NCBI GenBank assembly: GCA_016932165.1
Contig: JAFGDK010000029.1
Span: 9,249 to 73,248, forward strand
Direction: 5' to 3'
DNA length: 64,000 nucleotides
Origin: Anaerolineales bacterium
GTDB taxonomy: Bacteria; Chloroflexota; Anaerolineae; Anaerolineales; UBA11579
The position numbers were made by a program, and so were the translations under genes. This document shows positions 1 to 9,400 of this stretch, piece after piece. Numbering within the stretch: the stretch's first letter is position 1; every line of letters starts with the position of its first letter. The notes beneath the pieces are model-generated. The model saw only the letters and a program-made list of their open reading frames with translations, searched no databases and was not told the origin of the DNA.

Positions 1-943
1 AATCCAGCCACGTTTTTCCAGAATAGGAATATTCCAATGGCCAGCGGCCCTCTGAATCCTGATTCTCCCAGACCACCTGGAGAGCATTTTGCAAGCGCGG
101 ATCCTGCCCGTATCCCAACCGGACCAGGGTCTCCACATTCTGGAGCAAATCGGTGACGTAAAACACCGGGAAGCCGAACTTCCACCAGTTGCCGCTGGGC
201 CTGGGAGCATAGCCATGAGGATAAGTTGCATCGGCCGGGTCAACACTGAAGAGAAAGTCAACTCCCCGCTCGATGGCACCCTTGATCAAGGGTGTGCGCT
301 GAACCCTGGGCAGTTTACTGAAGGCCAGCATCACCTTGACCGCGCCCCAGGCGCAAGCCAGCTTGTCGTTTGCCCCACAGGCAAAGTCGGGGCCGATCTT
401 GCCGGAGTAGTAGCGCAGGGGTGTACCTGTTGTCCCCAATGGGGCCACCCCTTCACCGGTGACAGTGCGCGCCATCCATTCGAAGGCCTTTTCCATCCGG
501 GCGTCTTGGTAACCGAGATCGAGCATCGCAGTGCACAAATTTCCCTGCAGGCAGTCGACCGTACCGCCAGGAGAGCCGGAGGCCGAGAATTGTCCGTATT
601 CTGTGAGGGCATGATCAAGCAGGTACTCGCAAGCGGTGCCAATTCGCGCATCGATATCAACGGAAGCGCCCAACTGCCCCAACAGGATCAGCGACCAGAC
701 TGTGCTGAAATACTTGGGGGTGTATCCAGGCCCTGGTTTCGACCAATACCCCTCCGGGTTAATCTCATCGAGCACCCTTGCGATCGGCCCCTCTTGATGG
801 GCAAGCGCACGGGCTTTGACCAGGTCCGGATGATCTGACCGCAATTCAAGCAGATCGCACAAGGCTAAATAGCGCACACCCGGATTATCTTCCTCCAGCA
901 GCCAGTCAAGGGTTGCAGCAGTTAAAATTTCATTCTCAGCCAT
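1..943 (-). CDS. Alpha/alpha-toroid prenyltransferase/terpene-cyclase-like protein of unknown function; runs off the window edge
   Basis: Not in the ORF track because it is truncated. Manual translation gives MAENEILTAATLDWLLEEDNPGVRYLALCDLL...WWKFGFPVFYVTDLLQ...ENQDSEGRW, which includes a QW-like motif. AGGAGG SD at 947-953. Confidence 0.7.
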   Translation of the reverse strand, partial: MAENEILTAATLDWLLEEDNPGVRYLALCDLLELRSDHPDLVKARALAHQEGPIARVLDEINPEGYWSKPGPGYTPKYFSTVWSLILLGQLGASVDIDARIGTACEYLLDHALTEYGQFSASGSPGGTVDCLQGNLCTAMLDLGYQDARMEKAFEWMARTVTGEGVAPLGTTGTPLRYYSGKIGPDFACGANDKLACAWGAVKVMLAFSKLPRVQRTPLIKGAIERGVDFLFSVDPADATYPHGYAPRPSGNWWKFGFPVFYVTDLLQNVETLVRLGYGQDPRLQNALQVVWENQDSEGRWPLEYSYSGKTWLD

Positions 944-1003
944 CATTCCTCCTTGGTGGATGAGATCATTCAATCTAATTATACAGACAAAGGATCTCCA
1001 ATC

Positions 1004-1034
1004 AAAAAGAGACCTGCAATAGCGCAAGTCTCTT
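1004..1034 (-). terminator. Intrinsic terminator after rimM
   Basis: Minus strand AGAGACTTGC-gctatt-GCAGGTCTCT followed by a T-run. Confidence 0.7.
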
Positions 1035-1086
1035 GACAGATGTTGAGCTGGAGGTGGAAGGTATGTGATTGTTTGTCGGGAAATAT

Positions 1087-1665
1087 CTAAACCAGGCCTT
1101 CCATCAAGTGGATGAGCATCTTACCGGCCTTTAGATCAATTTTAAGCACCACTTCATCGATGTCTGGCAGTAAAACCTCTTTACCATCCTCGTCGCTGAC
1201 AACGAGGACGCCGTTAGCCCCGGTCTCAATCCAATCGGAGACAATCCCCAACACCTGGCCTTCCTCGGTGACAGCCTTAAGTCCGATGATCTGGTGGAGG
1301 TAAAGCTCCCCATCAGGCAGCGGGGGGCGGTCCCCGGCAGAAACGAAGATCTCGTTATTGCGCAGGCCGTCCACTGCCTCGCGGGAATCATAACCCTCCA
1401 GCGAAATCAGCATGCCGCGGTTGTGATGCCGCAGGCTTTTGATCTTGACAGGCGTGTGAGCAGGCCCCAAATAAACTTCGATTTCCGGCTGCAGACGCTC
1501 GGGGAAATCAGTCAGCACCGACATGATCATCTCCCCGCGCACGCCATGCGGCCGGTGCAGCTTTCCGACCAAAAGAAAAGCAGGCGGCACCACAGGAGAT
1601 GCCCCTGCTATCTTCTGATTCTTCAATTTACGCCTGGCGGCAGCCTGACGTCGTCTAGAGCTCAT
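1087..1665 (-). CDS. rimM: 16S rRNA processing protein RimM
   Basis: VGKLHRPHGVRGE, ELYLHQIIGL and ETGANGVL motifs; lies after rpsP-khpA. Confidence 0.95.
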   Translation of the reverse strand: MSSRRRQAAARRKLKNQKIAGASPVVPPAFLLVGKLHRPHGVRGEMIMSVLTDFPERLQPEIEVYLGPAHTPVKIKSLRHHNRGMLISLEGYDSREAVDGLRNNEIFVSAGDRPPLPDGELYLHQIIGLKAVTEEGQVLGIVSDWIETGANGVLVVSDEDGKEVLLPDIDEVVLKIDLKAGKMLIHLMEGLV

Positions 1666-1898
1666 TCAGGCTCCACGATATCCAGTTTGACGCGCTTGGC
1701 GTTCCGGGCGGCGGCCACTCGCAGAAGGGCGCGCATGGCGTTGGCCACCCGTCCATTGCGGCCAATCACGCGGCCCATATCTTCTTTGGCCACGCGCAGG
1801 CGCACATTGGTGGTAGAGCCATAACGCCGCTGGCTGACTTCCACCTGGGTGGGGTCATCCACCAGCGAACGGGCGATATAATCGATCAAATCTCTCAT
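1662..1898 (-). CDS. khpA: KH-domain RNA-binding protein KhpA
   Basis: 78 aa with DMGRVIGRNGRVANAMR (GxxG loop); canonical position between rpsP and rimM. Confidence 0.93.
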   Translation of the reverse strand: MRDLIDYIARSLVDDPTQVEVSQRRYGSTTNVRLRVAKEDMGRVIGRNGRVANAMRALLRVAAARNAKRVKLDIVEPE

Positions 1899-1924
1899 CT
1901 GATCCTCTCAATGAAACCGGCGAG

Positions 1925-2365
1925 TTACACCTCGTCGGATTCGGCTTCTTCTTCAGCTGCGGACGGCTCTTCAACCTCAGCTTGGGGGGCGGCTTCGACC
2001 TTCTTGGCCTTCTTGGGAGCGCCATCCACCCGGGTCTTGAGGTTGGTATTGCGGGTCTCTTCAACCACCTTGTACTCTTCCAGCAGCTTTTCAATCTCTT
2101 CGCCGGCCTTGAAACGGTCATAGCGGTCTCGGGTGCCCATCTGGCGGAACAAGGATTCGACAGCATCACTCGGCTGTGCGCCAACACCCAGCCAGTGGAA
2201 AACGCGGTCTTCCTTTAGAGTGATGGTAGAAGGCTCAGTGCGGGGGTTGTAGAAACCCACTACTTCGAGGAAACGGCCATCGCGCGATGCTTCCTTCTCG
2301 GCAGCCACCAAACGGTAGCTGGGTTGCTTTTTGCGCCCTACTCGGCGCAGTCGTAAACGTACCAT
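1925..2365 (-). CDS. rpsP: 30S ribosomal protein S16 with acidic C-terminal extension
   Basis: MVRLRLRRVGRKKQPSYRLV...RDGRFLEVVGFYNP...GAQPSD; AGGAG SD. Confidence 0.97.
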   Translation of the reverse strand: MVRLRLRRVGRKKQPSYRLVAAEKEASRDGRFLEVVGFYNPRTEPSTITLKEDRVFHWLGVGAQPSDAVESLFRQMGTRDRYDRFKAGEEIEKLLEEYKVVEETRNTNLKTRVDGAPKKAKKVEAAPQAEVEEPSAAEEEAESDEV

Positions 2366-2525
2366 GTTATAAAATCTCCTATAGTTTTAGTGTTATGTGT
2401 GCGCTGCTTTCCGGCCGGTACAGGAGCGCTGAAGGAGGCGCAAACCGGGTTCTAGCCGGGCATCTACAGGCTATTGTTGGCCGGTCAGCGAGGGAACCGC
2501 CGGCGAGAAACCTGTGTGCCGCACA

Positions 2526-3851
2526 CTAGCCAAACATGGGGGGCAGACCCCGCATGCCTGATTTTTTTAAACGTTTCATCATCCGCTGCATCTCCTGATA
2601 CTGGCGGAGAAGACGGTTGACTTCCATAACTTCTGTGCCCGAACCGGCGGCAATACGCCGCTTGCGGCTGGCATTGATGATCTTCGGCCGCTGGCGTTCT
2701 TTGGGGGTCATCGAATTAATCATCGCCTCGATGCGGACAAAACTTTTTTCCGCTTCGTGCGGGTCCACATTAGCCAACGCCGCGCCGCCCATATTGCCGG
2801 GGAGCATGCCCATCAATTGACCAATCGGGCCCATCTTGCGGACTTGCCGAAGCTGATCGCGAAAATCCTCTAGGGTGAATTCACCTGAGAGCATTTTCTG
2901 AGCAGAAGCGGCTGCTTTTTCAGCGTCCAATTCTGCCTCGGCCTTTTCAATCAGCCCAATCATATCACCCATTCCCAAAATGCGGGAGGATAAACGGTTG
3001 GGATCAAACTTCTCCAGGCCGTCCATGTTTTCGCTGACACCCAGGTACTTGATCGGAACCCCGGTGACAGACCGGATGGAGATCGCCGCACCGCCGCGGG
3101 CATCACCGTCCATTTTACTTAAAACCAGCCCAGTGATCGGCACCGTTTGCCGAAATCCCTGGGCGATATTGACCGCTTCCTGACCGATCATGGCATCCAC
3201 CACCAGCAGCACCTCATTAGGGGTAACATTGTTGGTAATGGCCTTGAGTTCGTCCATCAGACTGTTATCCAGCTGCGAACGTCCAGCGGTATCCAAAATG
3301 AAGACCGAGTAACCGCCCTGCTGGGCTTTAACATACGCCATCCCGGCCAGGTCTGGCGGGGAGAGATTGGGCTGGGTGAAGACTTCCACGCCCAGGTTGG
3401 CGCCCAAGGTCTGAAGCTGCTGCACCGCAGCCGGGCGGTAGGGATCGGCTGCAACCAGCATCACGCGCTCACCCTGGCCGCGCAGCATTTTCGCCAATTT
3501 GGCGGCAGTGGTGGTCTTTCCAGATCCTTGCAGACCGACCAGCATGATCATATGCGGTTTGGGGCCGGATAAATTTAATGCTTCTGGTTCACCCAGTGTG
3601 GCGATCAGCTCTTCATTGACGATCTTGATCACTTGCTGAGCTGGATTCAAAGCCCGGGAAACCTCATGCCCGATCGACCGTGCCTTCACCTTATCGATGA
3701 AGCTCCTGACCACGGCGTAATGCACATCGGCCTCTAACAGGGCCAGACGCACATCCCGCATGGCAATATCGACATCCTTCTCAGAGAGTTTGCCGTGTCT
3801 GCGGAGTTCCTTGAATACCGCGTTGAGTCGTTCAGTCAGTGTCTCAAACAT
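2526..3851 (-). CDS. ffh: Signal recognition particle protein Ffh
   Basis: GLQGSGKTT, DTAGR, DGDARGGAA and RILGMGD motifs; Met-rich M domain. Confidence 0.98.
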   Translation of the reverse strand: MFETLTERLNAVFKELRRHGKLSEKDVDIAMRDVRLALLEADVHYAVVRSFIDKVKARSIGHEVSRALNPAQQVIKIVNEELIATLGEPEALNLSGPKPHMIMLVGLQGSGKTTTAAKLAKMLRGQGERVMLVAADPYRPAAVQQLQTLGANLGVEVFTQPNLSPPDLAGMAYVKAQQGGYSVFILDTAGRSQLDNSLMDELKAITNNVTPNEVLLVVDAMIGQEAVNIAQGFRQTVPITGLVLSKMDGDARGGAAISIRSVTGVPIKYLGVSENMDGLEKFDPNRLSSRILGMGDMIGLIEKAEAELDAEKAAASAQKMLSGEFTLEDFRDQLRQVRKMGPIGQLMGMLPGNMGGAALANVDPHEAEKSFVRIEAMINSMTPKERQRPKIINASRKRRIAAGSGTEVMEVNRLLRQYQEMQRMMKRLKKSGMRGLPPMFG

Positions 3852-3889
3852 AATTATCTTATCGCCGGCTTGGAATTTGGCGACATGTG

Positions 3890-3918
3890 ATTCTACTGGG
3901 GAGTTGGGCTGCGGTCAA
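3890..3918 (-). promoter_or_regulatory. Sigma70-type promoter of the ffh operon
   Basis: Minus strand TTGACC-N17-TAGAAT about 40 nt upstream of the ffh ATG. Confidence 0.65.
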
Positions 3919-4103
3919 GGATTAATTTGGCAATTCAGTGATGAGGAATCAAGCGCTTTGTGATTTGGGAGAAAACCATTCGCACTTCAATCATCCCCCT
4001 ATTCACTCGCTGCCCAATCCCTGATCACTCACCAGACGTAACCAACCCCGGTGTTCTGTGTTGTTTTGTTTGCATTAATACTTAGAATTAGAGGAGAATA
4101 AAG

Positions 4104-4970
4104 ATGGCAAATCCAGTAGCAATTGTGACAGACTCGACTGCCTATCTGCCTAAGGATTGGGTGGAAAAATACAACATTGAGGTGGCCCCCTCGGTTGTCA
4201 TCTGGGATAGTGATGAACTTCGGGATGGTGTAGATATCACTGCCGAGGCATTCTTCAAACGCCTTGCCGAGTCTCCCAGCATGCCGACGACTTCACAGCC
4301 TACTCCAGCTTATTTCAAGAGCATTTATGAAAAATTGCTCGCTGAGGGCAAAGATATCCTGGGAATCCATATCTCTCACAAACTTTCAGGCACCTTCGCC
4401 TCAGCAGAACAGGCCAAAGCCCTCTTCCCGGAGGCCAAGATTGAAAATGTGGATTCTTTATCCGCCTCGATGGGTGAGGGCTGGCCGTTGCTGATGGCAG
4501 TCCGCGCCGCACAGGCAGGCAAGTCTCTTGAGGAGTGCCGGACAATTGTGGAGGCAGCCTGCAAGCACACCGGTGTCCTCCTGACAGTGGATACCCTGGA
4601 ATTTCTGCACAGGGGCGGACGGATCGGCGGGGCATCACGCCTGATCGGAACGATGTTGAACTTTAAACCGGTCCTGCAGCTACTGGATGGACGGATTGAA
4701 CCCTATGAGCGTGTGCGTACCCGCAAAAAATCTTTGACCCGCCTGGTTGAACTGGCGGTAGAAGCAATCGGCGACAAGCGGCCTGTGTATATGGCAACCA
4801 TCCATGCTAACGCGTTGGAAGATGCGGAAATGGTGATGGAAATGATTGCTGAGAAATTGCCCCTGACCTCCAAGATCACGACGAGCGTTTCCGCTGCGGT
4901 TGGCACCCATACCGGACCAGGCACGATCGGGATCGCGTGGATGGCCGGATACGATTACAAACCTGAGTGA
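4104..4970 (+). CDS. DegV family fatty-acid binding protein
   Basis: IVTDSTAYLP, PTTSQP, LSGT, L..GGRIG and HTGPG motifs. Confidence 0.95.
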   Translation: MANPVAIVTDSTAYLPKDWVEKYNIEVAPSVVIWDSDELRDGVDITAEAFFKRLAESPSMPTTSQPTPAYFKSIYEKLLAEGKDILGIHISHKLSGTFASAEQAKALFPEAKIENVDSLSASMGEGWPLLMAVRAAQAGKSLEECRTIVEAACKHTGVLLTVDTLEFLHRGGRIGGASRLIGTMLNFKPVLQLLDGRIEPYERVRTRKKSLTRLVELAVEAIGDKRPVYMATIHANALEDAEMVMEMIAEKLPLTSKITTSVSAAVGTHTGPGTIGIAWMAGYDYKPE

Positions 4971-4994
4971 ATTTTGTTTTTCTCCCTCATTAAG

Positions 4995-5025
4995 AGAACC
5001 CCTGCAAGTGCTGTGCAGGGGTTCT
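4995..5025. terminator. Terminator-like hairpin between convergent degV and pdp
   Basis: AGAACCCCTGCA-N7-TGCAGGGGTTCT inverted repeat. Confidence 0.7.
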
Positions 5026-5046
5026 TGATTTATCAACTGATTGGTT

Positions 5047-6360
5047 TTATTCCAGATCAGTAACCACACCATAGAACAATGGAAGGGGTTTTACCGGGTC
5101 ATCGCTCCATTGGTGGGCATTTAACAGTTCTGGTTTCACCTCGTCAAGTTTGTCCTGAGAATCCGCATGGATGGTGAACAAGGGTTCTCCAACCTCCACA
5201 TAATCTCCCACCTTGTGATGCACCACAATCCCAACGGCATGATCTACCGGCATGCCTTTCTTTAAACGGCCAGCACCCAAAACCACAGCCATCTCACCAA
5301 TCACACGGGCATCGATTACAGCCAGATAACCGCGGCGTGGCGCAGGCACTGCTTCGACTAATTTTGCCTGGGGCAATTTGTGGGGATGATCGACATAAGA
5401 TACATCGCCGCCCTGTACCTCCACCAACTGCCGGAATTTTTCAAACGCCTGGCCGGAATGATTGGCTTTCTCTACAATGCTGCGGGCGGCTTCCACATGA
5501 TCCGCTCTCTCTGCCAGATAAACCATATAAGTGGCCACTTGCAGGCAGTGCTCAACAAAGTCTGGCGGGCCATTTCCTTTGAGGGTGTCGATAGCCTCTT
5601 TCACCTCAAGCGCATTGCCAACGGCAAAGCCCAGAGGTTGGTTCATGTCCGAGATCAATCCCACTGCTCGCCGACCGGCTAAATGGGCGATCTGTACCAT
5701 CAGTTCCGCCAGTTCACGCGCTTCCGGCACAGTTTCCATGAAGGCACCTTCCCCGGCTTTGACATCCAGCACAATCCGCTGCGCCCCGGCGGCGATCTTC
5801 TTGCTCATTATGGATGAAGCGATCAGCGGGAGTGAGGGAACTGTCCCGGTTACATCCCGCAAGGCATACAGTTTTCCGTCAGCCGGAGCCAGATCACCCG
5901 TCTGACCGGTAAGCACCATACCAAAGGTGCTTAATTGTTCAAGGAATTCTTCGCTGCTCAAGTCGGTACGGAAGCCTGGGATCGATTCCACCTTATCCAA
6001 AGTGCCACCGCTAAAACCCAGTCCGCGTCCGGACATCTTGCCAATATGCACACCGCAGGTCAACACCAAGGGGAGCACCACCAGCGAGGTTTTATCCCCC
6101 ACACCTCCGGTTGAATGTTTATCGACCACAATATCTACGGCACCGCTCAGATCGAGAATGTCTCCGGAATGGGCCATTGCTAATGTCAGATCGGTGATCT
6201 CGCGGGGGGTCATCCCATTGAACAAAACAGCCATAGCCCAGGCAGCCGCCTGGTAATCGGGAATATCCCCATTGGTGTATCCAGTAATAAATTCCTGGAT
6301 TTCTTCAGTGGTCAATTCTTCGCCGTCTCGTTTTTTGATGATCAAGTCAACTGCACGCAT
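5047..6360 (-). CDS. pdp: Pyrimidine-nucleoside (thymidine) phosphorylase
   Basis: DKHSTGGVGDK, KMSGRGLG, YALRDVT and SIMSKK motifs. Confidence 0.95.
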   Translation of the reverse strand: MRAVDLIIKKRDGEELTTEEIQEFITGYTNGDIPDYQAAAWAMAVLFNGMTPREITDLTLAMAHSGDILDLSGAVDIVVDKHSTGGVGDKTSLVVLPLVLTCGVHIGKMSGRGLGFSGGTLDKVESIPGFRTDLSSEEFLEQLSTFGMVLTGQTGDLAPADGKLYALRDVTGTVPSLPLIASSIMSKKIAAGAQRIVLDVKAGEGAFMETVPEARELAELMVQIAHLAGRRAVGLISDMNQPLGFAVGNALEVKEAIDTLKGNGPPDFVEHCLQVATYMVYLAERADHVEAARSIVEKANHSGQAFEKFRQLVEVQGGDVSYVDHPHKLPQAKLVEAVPAPRRGYLAVIDARVIGEMAVVLGAGRLKKGMPVDHAVGIVVHHKVGDYVEVGEPLFTIHADSQDKLDEVKPELLNAHQWSDDPVKPLPLFYGVVTDLE

Positions 6361-6447
6361 GGCACACCTCTACGCGATAATCGTTAGAAATTAATTGTAC
6401 ATGATTTCTTGCCCAGGGGAGCGATATAAAGCATGTGGAAACGCCAG

Positions 6448-7470
6448 TTACACGATCAGCATTGCATCGCCAAAGGAGAAGAAGCGGTATTCTTCCTCCA
6501 GGGCGACCTTGTAAGCATTCAAGATCATTTCCCGGCTGGCAAAAGCGCTGACCAGCATCAGCAAAGTTGATTTTGGCAGGTGAAAATTGGTCACCATGGC
6601 ATCCACGACGTTGAACTGGTAGCCGGGAAGGATGAACAGGTCGGTATGGCCCTCAAACGGCTCCACCTCTCCGGGAGCCGCAGCCTGTGAAGCTGCTGAT
6701 TCAAGGGTGCGGACGCTGGTGGTACCCACAGCAATGATCCTGCCCCCAGCCAGGCGTGTCTGGTTGATCTGGCTGGCTGTCTGAGGGCTCAACTGGCACC
6801 ATTCTGTGTGGATCTGATGTTCAGCGATATTTTCTTCGGTTACCGGGGCAAAGGTATCCAACCCGACATGCAAGACCACTTCCGCCATCCCGATCCCGGC
6901 TTGCTGCAATTCCCGGATCAAATGCGGCGTAAAATGCAGCCCGGCGGTAGGGGCAGCTGCTGAACCAACCTCCTGAGAATACACCGTCTGGTAGCGCTCT
7001 GGATCCTGCAATCGTTGGTGAATATACGGCGGCAGCGGCATGTACCCAATCCGGTCAAGCTCCTTAGATACCGGGCGGTTAAATCGGAGCAGACGGCGCG
7101 GGCCGCCGAGGTCTTGCACCACTTCGGCTTGCAGATCATCCATTACCGAAATGCAGATCCCAGGGCTGATCCGTTTGCCGCCGACAAGGGCTTCCCATAA
7201 TCCAGGTTCTCGCCGGTTGAGCAGCAGCAGTTCTACTTTGCCGCCAGTTTTCAGCTTGGTGGCAAATAAGCGCGCCGCCAGCACACGGGTGCGGTTAATC
7301 ACCAGCAGATCGCCCGGATGCAAAAACTTACCGATGGAGGAAAAAACAGAATGGCTAAGGCTGCCGTCCTTGCGGTTGAGCACCAGCAAACGAGAGCTGT
7401 CACGCGGTTCGAGCGGTGTTTGGGCAATACGCTCTTGCGGCAAAGGGTAATCGAAATCGGAGAGTTTCAT
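6448..7470 (-). CDS. queA: tRNA preQ1 S-adenosylmethionine ribosyltransferase-isomerase
   Basis: MPLPPYI, AAPTAGLHF, TNFHLPKSTL and YRFFSFGDAM motifs. Confidence 0.97.
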   Translation of the reverse strand: MKLSDFDYPLPQERIAQTPLEPRDSSRLLVLNRKDGSLSHSVFSSIGKFLHPGDLLVINRTRVLAARLFATKLKTGGKVELLLLNRREPGLWEALVGGKRISPGICISVMDDLQAEVVQDLGGPRRLLRFNRPVSKELDRIGYMPLPPYIHQRLQDPERYQTVYSQEVGSAAAPTAGLHFTPHLIRELQQAGIGMAEVVLHVGLDTFAPVTEENIAEHQIHTEWCQLSPQTASQINQTRLAGGRIIAVGTTSVRTLESAASQAAAPGEVEPFEGHTDLFILPGYQFNVVDAMVTNFHLPKSTLLMLVSAFASREMILNAYKVALEEEYRFFSFGDAMLIV

Positions 7471-7504
7471 TTAAATTCCAAAAAATGGGGAAGCCTGGTA
7501 CCAA

Positions 7505-8533
7505 TCAGAACAACCGCGGCGGCAAGTGATCTGGATAGGGCAGGCCGAGGTGCTCACAGGCCGTGCGGGTGGCCATCCGCCCCTGCGAGGTGCGCTCCAA
7601 AAAACCAAGTTGGAGCAGATAAGGCTCAACGACATCCTTGATCGTGTCCTGCTCTTCATGCACCGAAGCGGCGATGGTATTCAAGCCAACTGGCCCACAG
7701 TTGTACTTCTCAATGATCGCCCGCAATACCCGGCGATCCATGTCATCCAGGCCAAGGGCATCTACATCCATCAAGTCAAGGGCATGGTCGGCCACGTCTG
7801 CGGTGATATGACCGCCCGCGCGCACCTGGGCGAAATCTCTCACCCGGCGCAGCAGCCGCAAAGCGACCCGCGGCGTACCGCGTGCTCTACGGGCAATTTC
7901 CCGGATCCCATCCTGTTCTGCATCCACCGCAAACTGATCAGCAGCGCGGGCCACGATCTGTTCCATGGCCTTCTGGGAATAGAAATGCATGCGGTAAACG
8001 GCGCCGAAGCGCGCCCGCAGGGGGGCGGTCACCAAGGCCAGCCGGGTGGTAGCGCCAATCACAGAGAAGTGCGGCAGTTTTAGACGCACAGAACGGGCTG
8101 CCGGTCCCTTACCGATGACGATATCCAAGGCAAAATCTTCCATCGCCGGGTAGAGCACTTCTTCCACGGCGCGGCCCAGGCGGTGGATCTCATCAATGAA
8201 AAGCACATCCCCTTCGCGTAAGTTGGAAAGGATCGCCGCCAGGTCTCCCTGGCGTTCGATGGCCGGCCCGGCGGTGACCTTGATATTCACCCCCATCTCA
8301 TTGGCCAGAATATGGGCCATAGTAGTCTTACCCAAACCAGGAGGGCCATAAAAGAGCACATGGTCGAGCGGTTCACCGCGGTGGCGGGCAGCATCGATTA
8401 AGATCTGCAAGTTCTCTTTAATCTTTTCCTGGCCGATTAATTCAGCCAGAGATTGAGGGCGCAGGGAAGGCTCTATCTGCTGGTCTTCAGTTTTGTTAGC
8501 CGGGTTTACCAGTCTGTCTTCGGGTTCAGTCAT
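7505..8533 (-). CDS. ruvB: Holliday junction branch migration helicase RuvB
   Basis: [19 protein letters not shown] and RGTPR motifs; likely start at ATG 8533. Confidence 0.97.
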   Translation of the reverse strand: MTEPEDRLVNPANKTEDQQIEPSLRPQSLAELIGQEKIKENLQILIDAARHRGEPLDHVLFYGPPGLGKTTMAHILANEMGVNIKVTAGPAIERQGDLAAILSNLREGDVLFIDEIHRLGRAVEEVLYPAMEDFALDIVIGKGPAARSVRLKLPHFSVIGATTRLALVTAPLRARFGAVYRMHFYSQKAMEQIVARAADQFAVDAEQDGIREIARRARGTPRVALRLLRRVRDFAQVRAGGHITADVADHALDLMDVDALGLDDMDRRVLRAIIEKYNCGPVGLNTIAASVHEEQDTIKDVVEPYLLQLGFLERTSQGRMATRTACEHLGLPYPDHLPPRLF

Positions 8534-8731
8534 AGGAGAATTATACAATATCGCGGAGTTTTTTGTGTTGTGGGGTTATAGCAGAGGATGTACATACAAG
8601 ATAAAGGCTGTAATTTTATTAGAATCAGGATGGATAGTTTATAATGGTTTTCAAGGCCGAAGGTCTTGAAGCGTTTACGGGCCATTCGTCCATCCAAAAT
8701 ACCTGTAATAATTATTTGCCCTGGAGGATAA

Positions 8732-9358
8732 ATGACCAACGTATACGTATCTGAACACCCACTTGTGGCCCACAAACTGACCAAACTTAGAGATATCAAC
8801 ACCTCACCCAAAAAGTTCCGGGAACTGGTTCGCGAAATCTCTGCCCTGATGACCTACGAAGCCACCATGGATCTGACCACCAGCCAATTGGAGGTCACCA
8901 CCCCGATGGGTAGCACCACTGGCCAGGAACTGAAAGATAAGATCGGCCTGGTACCGATCCTGCGTGCCGGCCTGGGCATGGTCGAGGGTGTTTGGGGACT
9001 GATGCCCAATGCCGAGGTCTGGCACATCGGTCTCTACCGGGACGAACGCACCCTCAAGCCGGTGGAATACTACAACAAGCTGCCGATCGCCCCAACCGTC
9101 AAGGTTTGCCTGGTTTTGGATCCCATGCTGGCGACGGGCGGTTCTGCTGTGGCAACAGTAGATATTCTCAAGAAGTGGGGCGTGCACCGGATCAAATTTG
9201 TCGGCCTGTTGGGCGCGCCGGAGGGGGTAGCAGCCATGCAAAAAGCGCATCCCGAAGTGCCAATCCACCTGGCTGCCCTGGATGAGCGTCTCAATGAGAT
9301 TGGCTATATCGTCCCGGGTCTTGGAGATGCCGGTGACCGCCAGTTTGGGACCGGGTAG
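8732..9358 (+). CDS. upp: Uracil phosphoribosyltransferase
   Basis: [16 protein letters not shown] and [12 protein letters not shown] motifs; GGAGG SD. Confidence 0.97.
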   Translation: MTNVYVSEHPLVAHKLTKLRDINTSPKKFRELVREISALMTYEATMDLTTSQLEVTTPMGSTTGQELKDKIGLVPILRAGLGMVEGVWGLMPNAEVWHIGLYRDERTLKPVEYYNKLPIAPTVKVCLVLDPMLATGGSAVATVDILKKWGVHRIKFVGLLGAPEGVAAMQKAHPEVPIHLAALDERLNEIGYIVPGLGDAGDRQFGTG

Positions 9359-9400
9359 CCAAACATCCTGAGCCGATCAATCATTTCAATCCAAAATTTA

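Noticed and set aside
89-838. 249-aa plus-strand ORF and nested 331..660 ORF
   Set aside because: Shadows of the real minus-strand gene 1..943, which has an SD and a protein-like sequence.
2397-2526. SRP RNA gene next to ffh
   Set aside because: Only a partial GGAAAGCAGC match; the helix-8 CAGG...GNRA...AGCA geometry is absent. Kept only as a candidate structured RNA.
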